Below, piece by piece: positions 56,188 to 64,000 of a stretch of DNA of 64,000 nt. A program made the translations under genes and the position numbers. Each line of letters opens with the position of its first letter. Position 1 is the stretch's first letter. Origin of the DNA: an uncultured Anaerolineales bacterium. GTDB taxonomy: Bacteria; Chloroflexota; Anaerolineae; Anaerolineales; UBA11858. The notes beneath the pieces are model-generated. The model did not search any database. It was given only the letters and a program-made list of their open reading frames with translations, and was not told the DNA's origin. The DNA lies in assembly GCA_964621835.1 (NCBI GenBank), contig CAZUMA010000002.1:179584-243583 (forward strand), given 5' to 3'.

Positions 56188-56221
56188 AGCCCAGGGAAGA
56201 GATTTCCTGGGCTTTTTATTT
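56188..56221 (+). terminator. Intrinsic terminator after the xdhD-like gene
   Basis: AGCCCAGG-(10 nt)-CCTGGGCT followed by TTTTTATTT. Confidence 0.85.
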
Positions 56222-56349
56222 CAGGGTGCAAACAAAATCCCCTACCAGATCGTTTTCCCTGCAATCTGATATAATGGGTTAGCTGTTTTGGACAAAAAAT
56301 ACGGGATTTTTAGAACGAGTAAATCGAAAAATCGACTGCTATTTTCCTT

Positions 56350-57696
56350 ATGGAACAGATAACTTTTGTGATCGGTCATGTGAATCCAGATACCGATTCG
56401 ATCGCCTCTGCGATTGGATATGCCTGGCTGATTCGGGAGCGAGATGATATTGAGGCTGCCGCAGCCCGAGCTGGGTCGATGAACCCGCAAACGAATTGGG
56501 TCCTGGGACGGTTGGGACTTGACGCTCCCAGTTTACTGACGGATGTCAGCCCTCGGTTTGAATCAGTCGTCCGGCGGTTGGATTCCACCAGGCCGGATCA
56601 ACCCCTTCAGGAGGCCTGGGATATTGCCAGTCGAACCGGCGGGGTCGCTGCCATAATTAATGACGATGGGACGCCGTACGGATTGATCACTGGATTAACC
56701 TTGTTTTCGTTTCTGGCTGATCTGGTTGGACCGCACCCAAAACGGCAGGAAATGCGGATTGCTGAACTCCTGGAGCTTCCCTCCCATGAAGCAGCTGATA
56801 CCGGTGTTCCCCAATTCAAAGTGAGCAGTCGGATTCGGGATGTGGTCAACCGGGTGCTCAAACAGGAGAGAAGCTATTTTTTTGTAGTTGATGAAAATGG
56901 TCACTATGTGGGTATTGCCCGGCAGCGGGACATTCTCAACCCTCCCCGTGTAAAAGTTGTGCTGGTGGATCATAATGAAGAGGAACAGGCGGTAGGCTCC
57001 CTGGAAGAAGCGGAATTGATGGAAATTATTGACCATCATCGCCTGGGAAATCCTTTTACCAGAACGCCGATTCGATTTACAACGGAAGTGGTAGGGAGCA
57101 CCAGCACGATTATCGCCGAAAGGATTGAAGAGGCAGGGTTGAGTGCCCCACCAGATATCGCCGGTGTCCTGCTTGCGGGGATTGTCTCTGATACCTTGCT
57201 GTTTACTTCCCCGACCACAACCAAACGGGATCACAGAGCCGCAAATCGGCTGGCGCGCTGGGCGTTTTCCTGGGACAGCCCCTTGAAAGGAGAGACCGTG
57301 GAGTCCTTTGGGGAGGCAGTGCTCAAAGCAGGAGCCGGACTCTCTACTCGCGATCCGGATGAAATTGTCACCACGGACCTGAAGACCTATCAATCGGGGG
57401 GTCTGGAGTTTGGAATCGCCCAGGCTGAGGTGACTGACCTGGTTCAAGTGGATAAGCATCTGGATAAACTGGAGGAAGCCCTGGAGCGGCTGCGGATCAA
57501 TCGCAGCTTAGATTTTTCGATTTTAATGGTAACCGATGTCGTTCGCGGATCCAGCCGACTGGTGATCCATCAACCCCCGCCAACTTTTGATGATCTTCCT
57601 TATCCGAGCCGCTCAGATGGCACGCGGTTCGCGGAAGGGGTTGTATCCCGGAAAAAACAGCTCTTACCGGTCGTGTTATCTCTGCTGGAAACCTGA
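56350..57696 (+). CDS. CBS-domain-containing family II inorganic pyrophosphatase (DHH-CBS-DHHA2)
   Basis: VIGHVNPDTDSIASAI, VLVDHNE, IIDHHRLG, SDTLLFTSPTTT, with a CBS pair inserted after the first DHH segment. Confidence 0.85.
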   Translation: MEQITFVIGHVNPDTDSIASAIGYAWLIRERDDIEAAAARAGSMNPQTNWVLGRLGLDAPSLLTDVSPRFESVVRRLDSTRPDQPLQEAWDIASRTGGVAAIINDDGTPYGLITGLTLFSFLADLVGPHPKRQEMRIAELLELPSHEAADTGVPQFKVSSRIRDVVNRVLKQERSYFFVVDENGHYVGIARQRDILNPPRVKVVLVDHNEEEQAVGSLEEAELMEIIDHHRLGNPFTRTPIRFTTEVVGSTSTIIAERIEEAGLSAPPDIAGVLLAGIVSDTLLFTSPTTTKRDHRAANRLARWAFSWDSPLKGETVESFGEAVLKAGAGLSTRDPDEIVTTDLKTYQSGGLEFGIAQAEVTDLVQVDKHLDKLEEALERLRINRSLDFSILMVTDVVRGSSRLVIHQPPPTFDDLPYPSRSDGTRFAEGVVSRKKQLLPVVLSLLET

Positions 57697-57718
57697 ACCT
57701 GCCGGATTGGAATCAGTT

Positions 57719-58519
57719 ATGAGAGAAGTATATCGGGCCTTGGCTGCCTTAGAGGAAGAGGGAAAATCGGGTGTATTATGCACCATTATCAACGCTGACG
57801 GCTCCACCCCACGCAGCGAGGGCAGTAAGATGCTTGTTTATCCCGATGGATCCATCGTCGGATCAGTGGGTGGGGGGGAAGTTGAAGGAAGAATTATCCA
57901 GCAAGCCCTTGAGCTCCTCAGCTCAGGGCAGACAAAGGTGGTGGCGTATAATCTCATCGATCCTCAGCAAGGGGATCCAGGTGTGTGCGGGGGGGCGGTG
58001 GAGGTATTTATTGAACCGGTCTATGCACCCGATGAGCTCCTGGTGATTGGCGGAGGACATGTAGGGCAGGCAGTTGTTCACCTCGGGAAGTGGCTGGGAT
58101 TCCGGGTGATTCTGTCCGATGATCGACCTGAATACTGCACCCCCCAGTCAGCTCCGGGGGCGGACGTTTATCTCCCCTGTGAGATTGACGAACTGCCGTC
58201 CAGGTTTGAATTTTCTGATCGGACTTCAGTTGTGCTCGCAACGCGAAATATGCAGGTGGATACCAGCGGTTTACCGGAAATCCTTTCAGAACCGAGTGCT
58301 TATGTGGGAGTGATCAGCTCCCAGCGGCGTTGGGCGCTTACCCGTGAGGAGCTGCTTAACCTGGGTGTGGATCCAGCGGCGGTGGATCGTGTTTATGCCC
58401 CAATTGGATTGGACCTCAAGGCAGAAACACCCGAAGAAATCGCTTTAAGTATTATGGCAGAAGTGGTCATGACCAAGCAAGGGGGCAGGGGAAGGCCGCT
58501 CTCGCAGAAGAAAAAATAG
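57719..58519 (+). CDS. xdhC: XdhC/CoxI-family molybdenum cofactor insertion chaperone
   Basis: VLCTIINADGSTPRSEGSKMLV...GSVGGGEVE and the Rossmann-like LLVIGGGHVGQAV. I place the start at the ATG at 57719. Confidence 0.85.
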   Translation: MREVYRALAALEEEGKSGVLCTIINADGSTPRSEGSKMLVYPDGSIVGSVGGGEVEGRIIQQALELLSSGQTKVVAYNLIDPQQGDPGVCGGAVEVFIEPVYAPDELLVIGGGHVGQAVVHLGKWLGFRVILSDDRPEYCTPQSAPGADVYLPCEIDELPSRFEFSDRTSVVLATRNMQVDTSGLPEILSEPSAYVGVISSQRRWALTREELLNLGVDPAAVDRVYAPIGLDLKAETPEEIALSIMAEVVMTKQGGRGRPLSQKKK

Positions 58520-58544
58520 TCAAACATGCTCTGGAGTTGCAGAA

Positions 58545-59966
58545 ATGTGGCGTGAATATATCAATGCGGTATCGACAGAACAAGTATTGAACATCCTGGC
58601 TGAGAAGCAGGAAAAGGCCCGGATAATTGCGGGGGGAACCGATTTGGTGTTGGAAATGGAGCAGGGCCTGCATCCGCAGGTGGATACTCTGATAGATATC
58701 TCACGGGTGCCCGGTTATGCAGAAATTACTCTCACGGAGGACGGCTGGATCCAGCTGGGACCGACTGTCACGCATAATGACTGCGTGGCATCTTCCCTGA
58801 TCCGGGAGTTTGCGCTTCCCCTATCCTTGGCTGCCTGGGAAGTAGGTGCCCCCCAAATTAAAAATGCCGGCACCATTGCTGGGAACGTGGTTACAGCCTC
58901 CCCTGCAAATGATACGATTGTCCCCTTGATGGCGCTGGATGCGGAGCTGGTGCTGCTCTCCGAGACCGGGGAGCGAACCGTCCCCCTGGGGGATTTCTAC
59001 ACCGGGGTGAGAAGAACAGTGTTAAAATCGGATGAAATGGTCCGGGTAATTCGTTTCCGGAAATTGGAGAAGAATCAGCGTGGAACCTACCTGAAAATGG
59101 GCTTGAGAAAAGTCCAGGCTATTTCGGTGGTCAGTATGGCTGTGATTCTCCATGAGAATGGAGGTGCGCTCCAGGATGCCCGCATTACCCTGGGAGCGGT
59201 CGCCCCAACAATTATCCACGCCTCAACAGCCGAGCAGTATCTGAAAAACAAAGAGCTCACAGAAGAAGTGATAACTGCTGCAGCAAATCTGGCTAAGGAG
59301 GATGCAGTCCCAATTGATGACATCCGCAGCTCTGCAAAATACCGCCGGGAAATTTCCAGGGTGTTGGTTAAGCGAGGGCTGATGGAACTTCTTGGTCATC
59401 AAGAAGGAAAAACCTTGCCTGATGATCCTGTACTGCTCTCAGATCAAAAACGCCAGACAGCTGCCGAAGATCTGGATGGCTCCCCTCTGATCCCCGGAAA
59501 AACACCCATTGTCACCACGATCAACGGAAAGAAATATACCTTCGAAGAAGGCCTGGAAACAACCTTGCTTCATCTTCTCCGGGAGCAGGCTGGGTTGGTT
59601 GGATCGAAACCAGGATGTGAAGAGGGTGAGTGTGGAGCCTGTACGGTTTTTCTGGATGGGAAAGCAGTGATGTCCTGCCTGATCCCTGCTCCACGGGCAC
59701 ATCAAGCTCAGATTGTCACGATTGAAGGGCTTTCCGAAGGGGATCGATTACACCCGGTTCAGGAAGCGTTTATTGAAAAAGGAGCAGTGCAGTGTGGATA
59801 CTGCACACCCGGATTTATCATGTCTGGGGCAAAATTGTTAGAAGAAAAACCACATCCGACCACAGCGCAGATAAAAAGCGCAATTTCTGGAAATCTTTGC
59901 CGCTGTACAGGGTACTATAAGATTGTCAGTGCAATTGAGAAGGCTAGTCGGAAAGAAGGTGCTTAG
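58545..59966 (+). CDS. Fused FAD-binding (CoxM-like) and [2Fe-2S] (CoxS-like) protein, module C, with no adjacent molybdopterin subunit
   Basis: IIAGGTDLVLEME in the N-terminal half. GCEEGECGACTV, QCGYCTPGFIM and CRCTGYYKI in the C-terminal half. Confidence 0.88.
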   Translation: MWREYINAVSTEQVLNILAEKQEKARIIAGGTDLVLEMEQGLHPQVDTLIDISRVPGYAEITLTEDGWIQLGPTVTHNDCVASSLIREFALPLSLAAWEVGAPQIKNAGTIAGNVVTASPANDTIVPLMALDAELVLLSETGERTVPLGDFYTGVRRTVLKSDEMVRVIRFRKLEKNQRGTYLKMGLRKVQAISVVSMAVILHENGGALQDARITLGAVAPTIIHASTAEQYLKNKELTEEVITAAANLAKEDAVPIDDIRSSAKYRREISRVLVKRGLMELLGHQEGKTLPDDPVLLSDQKRQTAAEDLDGSPLIPGKTPIVTTINGKKYTFEEGLETTLLHLLREQAGLVGSKPGCEEGECGACTVFLDGKAVMSCLIPAPRAHQAQIVTIEGLSEGDRLHPVQEAFIEKGAVQCGYCTPGFIMSGAKLLEEKPHPTTAQIKSAISGNLCRCTGYYKIVSAIEKASRKEGA

Positions 59967-60296
59967 ATGGGAAGATTTCAGCAGTATGAAAAACATGTCA
60001 AGGATGAGCCTAAAACTGTCCATCCAATTTGGAGGGGGATTGGTTTTCTTCTGATCGGGCTGATTGCTGTCATGTCTTATGCTGGTGCCTCCATTCTGGT
60101 CAGAATGAATAAAACAAGACAATGGATAACGGTGCCCGCCGCAATCCAGGGAGGGTTTTCCTGGGCACCGGACTTATTCTCAGAGCTGATCGTGGCTTTC
60201 TTCCTGTCTTTAATTGGTTTTGGGATCATGACGATTATCTACTCATTCTTTTACCAGATTTCCAGACCCAGAGACATCTTTAAGTATCTGCGTTAA
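59967..60296 (+). CDS. Small two-TM membrane protein
   Basis: The ATG directly abuts the TAG of the upstream gene. Two clear hydrophobic helices. Confidence 0.55.
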   Translation: MGRFQQYEKHVKDEPKTVHPIWRGIGFLLIGLIAVMSYAGASILVRMNKTRQWITVPAAIQGGFSWAPDLFSELIVAFFLSLIGFGIMTIIYSFFYQISRPRDIFKYLR

Positions 60297-60363
60297 AGGG
60301 AAGGAGAAATCTGGGTCCGGCTCTCCCCCGTGATGGGGAGGTGGGGAGCATCGGGGTTGCCGA

Positions 60364-61131
60364 TTGAATATGGTTGAAGAATATTCTATGTGGATGGAAA
60401 TTGGTTTCAGCTTGTTATATCTCGTTTTAATCTGGATGCTGGTTGCGGCAATGACCAGAAAAACACCGCAGGTAAGGACGGTAGATCGACAGAAGTCTGC
60501 CCGATTGATCCGGGGGGCTTTTTTTGCCCTTGCAGTCGGGGATACGTTTCATGTTGGATCCCGAGTGGCAGCCTTTTTATCAGGGGAGGGGATTTTCCTC
60601 AGACTCAATATCCTTGGTCTGGATATCGGGGTTGTTGGCTGGTCCTCCTTCATGACTGCGGTCACGTTGACATTTTTCTATGTGTTCTTCCTTCTTGTCT
60701 GGAGAGAGAATTTTCCGCCACATTCCTCTATTGTCTCATCCGGGCTGTTGATCATGGCAGGGATTCGGCTTGGATTGCTGCTGATCCCAAACAATCAATG
60801 GCAGCAGCCGATTCCAGTTCAACCCTGGTCGCTGATCAGGAATATTCCTCTTGTGCTGCTTGGATTGGGTGTGGCGGTTGTGTTGATTCAATCCGCAGAA
60901 AAAACCGGGCAGGTATTGTTTCACAGATTGGGAATACTCATGCTGGGAGCGTATCTCTTTTATCTCCCAGTCATACTATTTGTCCAATCTTATCCCCAGC
61001 TTGGTTTATTGATGATACCAAAAACAATCGCCTACCTGTTGATGGGTTTTCTATCCTACCAGGCATTTTTTTCCGGATCCGGTCAACCAGAAGTGGGGGG
61101 ACCAAAGAAATATCAATATCTATCAGAATGA
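60364..61131 (+). CDS. Polytopic (about 7 TM) membrane protein, unknown function
   Basis: Hydrophobic helices run throughout. The competing frame 60390..61136 gives Gly/Arg/Cys-rich low-complexity sequence. The exact start is uncertain. Confidence 0.6.
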   Translation: MNMVEEYSMWMEIGFSLLYLVLIWMLVAAMTRKTPQVRTVDRQKSARLIRGAFFALAVGDTFHVGSRVAAFLSGEGIFLRLNILGLDIGVVGWSSFMTAVTLTFFYVFFLLVWRENFPPHSSIVSSGLLIMAGIRLGLLLIPNNQWQQPIPVQPWSLIRNIPLVLLGLGVAVVLIQSAEKTGQVLFHRLGILMLGAYLFYLPVILFVQSYPQLGLLMIPKTIAYLLMGFLSYQAFFSGSGQPEVGGPKKYQYLSE

Positions 61132-61145
61132 ATTGAGAGAATCTT

Positions 61146-62306
61146 ATGCCATTCAACTTCCGCTCTTATGTGACATATTTTTATTACAGCTTTTTCAGAT
61201 CTGAGCAAACACCGGGCCGGTTGAGCTTGAAAAGATTGGCTTTGCTGTTGTTCCTGTTTTTTGTCTTTCCAATCTACAATCTTTATATCCGGACCGGTTA
61301 CTACCTGGATGATCTCTTATTTTCCAGCTATAAGAATGTGACCCGGAAAGATCCGATCTTTATCATTGGGAATTTTCGATCCGGGACAACTTTTTTTCAC
61401 CGACTCTTGCTTCGCGACCCCAAATTTACCTGTTTGAAAACCTGGGAGATCTATTTTGGACCGGCGATTACGCAGCGAAAAATGATTGGTCTGATTATCA
61501 AGATCAGCCGAATTCTGGGGAGCCCGATCCGGAAGCTCGTCAACCTGTTTGACCGTTCAATTAATGAATACTCCTATATGCATAAAACGGGTCTGAGGCA
61601 ACACGAAGAGGACAGCCATCTCCTCTACCACATCTGGTCTTCATATAATCTTTTTGCGCTCTTTCCCTTTCCAGAGCTGGCAAAAAAATACATATATTAC
61701 GATCAAGAAGTCCCTCTGGACCGGAGACGAAGGGAATTTACCTACTACCGGGATGTCCTCCGGAGGCATTTATATGTGAATCCAGGAAAGCAGTACGTTT
61801 CGAAAAACCCGGATTTTTCCCCGACAGTAGAAACCATCAAGGAATTTTTTCCTGAGGCAAAATTTATCAATATTGTCCGCAATCCTGAAAATATGGTTCC
61901 CTCCACGATCAATATGTGGGCGAATCACTGGCACACATTCGGGGATCCCGATGAAAGCTATCCACTCAAAGATGTGCTCATGGAACATGCCAAACATTGG
62001 TATCAGTACCCCCATCAAAAGCTGAAATCACTTCCTCCCGACCGATATGCAGTGGTTTCTTTTGCAGAGATGGTTTCTGATCCTAAAAAAACCATCGAGG
62101 AAATTTATGCGAAGTTTGGTCTTGAGATCACGTCTGAATACCAGCAAATTCTAAAAGAAGAAACCGAGAAAGCGCGCAACTACCGGAGCTCCCATCGGTA
62201 TTCCCTGACCGAGATGGGCTTAGATCTTGAAGCGCTCCACAGCGAGTATGATCCTTATCTGGAAGAATACCAATTTGAGGACATCATCCAGGAACCGATC
62301 CATTAG
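61146..62306 (+). CDS. Sulfotransferase-family protein
   Basis: PAPS 5'-phosphosulfate-binding loop FIIGNFRSGTTFFHRLL. Length and composition fit cytosolic sulfotransferases. Confidence 0.8.
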   Translation: MPFNFRSYVTYFYYSFFRSEQTPGRLSLKRLALLLFLFFVFPIYNLYIRTGYYLDDLLFSSYKNVTRKDPIFIIGNFRSGTTFFHRLLLRDPKFTCLKTWEIYFGPAITQRKMIGLIIKISRILGSPIRKLVNLFDRSINEYSYMHKTGLRQHEEDSHLLYHIWSSYNLFALFPFPELAKKYIYYDQEVPLDRRRREFTYYRDVLRRHLYVNPGKQYVSKNPDFSPTVETIKEFFPEAKFINIVRNPENMVPSTINMWANHWHTFGDPDESYPLKDVLMEHAKHWYQYPHQKLKSLPPDRYAVVSFAEMVSDPKKTIEEIYAKFGLEITSEYQQILKEETEKARNYRSSHRYSLTEMGLDLEALHSEYDPYLEEYQFEDIIQEPIH

Positions 62307-62325
62307 TCCCTGAGATACTTAACTT

Positions 62326-64000
62326 ATGGAAAGGACTGTCCCGTACACTGCCTCTGAAGAAGTTGAGCTGTATCTGCGCACGTATTATTCCCTGCTGCGG
62401 ACCACAGATGCTGTTCAGATTCGATCTCTGGAGGAGGCGCACTCCGGGATGAATTCGCTGCTTCACCAGCAAGCCCGGGACCGCAATCCGGATATGTCAG
62501 CATTTATCTATGCCCTCCTCAGGCTTCCGGATTGCATCTGGAAAACAGATGAGGTGATCCTGGGGCAGAGCGCGAGTGTTTTCCGTGAGGCGGGGATTGG
62601 CAATGTCTGGTCCTGGGAACAGGTTTCCGCAAAAGCCCGTCGGCGCCGATGTTTTTATCATCCGGATCGGAAACGGTTAGCCTGCATCATCGCCTCCAGG
62701 TCCGATATCGATGACGTGATTCCCCTCCTCACTGCCTACCAAATTGAATGGAACAAATTACACAGCTTGCTTCAGCACCTCCCGGGAGACATCGATCTTA
62801 AAAAAGCGCATCAAGACCGGGCCAGCTGGTATAACCTGGCGGAAGGCTTGATGATGTCGGTGGGAGATCTCACCCGCTGGAGGGCAATTTTTGGGGACCG
62901 GTTTCTTGAGCAAATTACCCGGATCAAGCAAACCCAAAAATATTTTCAGGTTCGCTTGTTGAATGGCACGCTGATTGAATACAACCGCGCCACGAATGCC
63001 TGGTGGCAGCACATTGCTGCTGATCAGGACCCCCCCCTGACGGAGCGGCCGGTTTATTTTATATCCAGCAACCCCCACAGTTTAGCCAACCTGCTCTCTG
63101 GATTTGCCTTGCGAAATCAGGAGGAGATTGAGGAGTATCTTCAGGAGCATCAGCAGCAGGAACTGCTCGACGAATGGACACAGATCAAAGCTCAAAAGGT
63201 GCCTTCCAGTGAGGAAAATTTTTGGTACTACGCCTTGAAAAAATATCTCCAGGATCCCTCTACCGGGAAAATGACCCAGCGGCGGAACGCGGAGGAAGAG
63301 AAATGCGGTATTAAACGAATTGATAGTGAACATTTTTTTGATGTAGATGCACAAATATTTCACCTCTCGGAACTGAAACCAACCTGGATGGATCCAAGGA
63401 TCCGGGGTGATCGAGAAGACCTCCGTTATTTGCAGGAAAGCGAGGCGGTGATCGTCAATATTGATTATCCGCTGGGTTTGTCTGCCTACAACATCCTCAC
63501 TGAAGTGGCGGCGAATGTCGGGAAAGTTCTCGGGGTGTACAGCCTTGGGAAAGCAGCTACCCTCAATGGCGTTGTCGGGGATGTTATGATTCCCTATGTA
63601 GTTCATGATGAACATTCCCGCAATACCTATTTATGTCCCAGGGCGTTTGAAGCTCGGGATGTTGCTCCCTACTTGACGTACGGAACGGTCCTCGATAATC
63701 AAAAGGCGGTCACGGTCCGGGGCACGTTCCTGCAGAACCGCCGCTATATGGATGTGTTTTACCGGGAGGGGTACACCGGGATTGAAATGGAAGCAGGTCC
63801 TTACCTCTCTGCTGTCTTTGAGATGTTCCGACCTTACCGACATCCAGTGGATGAAATCGTCAATTTAGATCGACTTCCTTTTGACCTGGGTTTTTTGCAT
63901 TATGCTTCGGATACCCCCTTGAGTAAAGGGAAAAATCTTGGGGCGGGAACGCTTTCGTACTATGGAATGGATCCGACATATGCCTGTTCCGTGGCGATTT
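62326..64000 (+). CDS. Large protein with a C-terminal nucleoside-phosphorylase-superfamily (AMP-nucleosidase-like) domain; 3' end outside the window; absent from the supplied ORF track
   Basis: I translated this frame codon by codon from the ATG at 62326 to nt 63999 and found no stop (558 codons). C-terminal motifs: VIVNIDYPLGLSAYNIL, LGKAATLNG..GDVMIP, GIEMEAGPYLSAV, HYASDTPL. Confidence 0.75.
   Translation, partial: MERTVPYTASEEVELYLRTYYSLLRTTDAVQIRSLEEAHSGMNSLLHQQARDRNPDMSAFIYALLRLPDCIWKTDEVILGQSASVFREAGIGNVWSWEQVSAKARRRRCFYHPDRKRLACIIASRSDIDDVIPLLTAYQIEWNKLHSLLQHLPGDIDLKKAHQDRASWYNLAEGLMMSVGDLTRWRAIFGDRFLEQITRIKQTQKYFQVRLLNGTLIEYNRATNAWWQHIAADQDPPLTERPVYFISSNPHSLANLLSGFALRNQEEIEEYLQEHQQQELLDEWTQIKAQKVPSSEENFWYYALKKYLQDPSTGKMTQRRNAEEEKCGIKRIDSEHFFDVDAQIFHLSELKPTWMDPRIRGDREDLRYLQESEAVIVNIDYPLGLSAYNILTEVAANVGKVLGVYSLGKAATLNGVVGDVMIPYVVHDEHSRNTYLCPRAFEARDVAPYLTYGTVLDNQKAVTVRGTFLQNRRYMDVFYREGYTGIEMEAGPYLSAVFEMFRPYRHPVDEIVNLDRLPFDLGFLHYASDTPLSKGKNLGAGTLSYYGMDPTYACSVAI

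Noticed and set aside
60390-61136. Alternative same-strand frame almost coextensive with the 60364..61131 ORF.
   Set aside because: Its translation is Gly/Arg/Cys-rich without structure. The 60364 frame gives regular TM helices, so only that frame is kept.
1-64000. Search for CRISPR arrays, tandem repeat arrays, rRNA, tmRNA and RNase P RNA.
   Set aside because: By-eye reading of both strands found no regularly spaced short repeats or characteristic conserved RNA cores. The only long repeat is the 430-bp pair reported above.

Overview
This is a 64-kb bacterial chromosomal window of moderate GC. The gene content resembles Chloroflexota-type genomes, but the taxon cannot be established from the sequence alone. 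I support about 60 protein genes, one tRNA, one riboswitch, and several promoters and terminators. From left to right the window contains: (1) a REC/PPDK_N-domain protein, an MscS channel, and a radical-SAM/HEAT-like gene pair; (2) a roughly 3.6-kb degraded insertion zone bounded by ~430-bp direct repeats, holding IS256 and IS200 transposase relics and a visibly AT-rich methyltransferase; (3) a GT2 / flippase-like / GT-C glycosylation trio; (4) a self-contained tRNA-Asp unit; (5) a TPP-riboswitch-controlled thiamine salvage operon (thiN-thiB-ogt-thiP); (6) a TetR-headed membrane-protein operon whose Yip1-like gene carries an in-frame TAG; (7) a DHH-CBS-CCA-enzyme fusion; (8) the conserved nusA-ylxR-infB-rbfA-nrnA-truB-ribF / rpsO / pnp block with recognisable leader structures; (9) a lone groES between two thioredoxin-reductase paralogs; (10) an accessory redox region (42-60 kb) with three xanthine-dehydrogenase-family modules, each with a different domain fusion. 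The strongest candidate for something new is an apparent ~10-kb operon at 46.2-56.2 kb. There, F420 biosynthesis and redox genes (npdG, cofE, cofD, cofC, an LLM oxidoreductase) sit between ssnA and ygfM/xdhD-type molybdenum-hydroxylase genes. The XdhD-like subunit has lost one of its two [2Fe-2S] sites. The supplied ORF track misses a long ORF (62326 to the window end) because it has no stop inside the window, and the first ORF is open at the left edge. All functional calls rest on motif and family recognition by eye; no searches were run.
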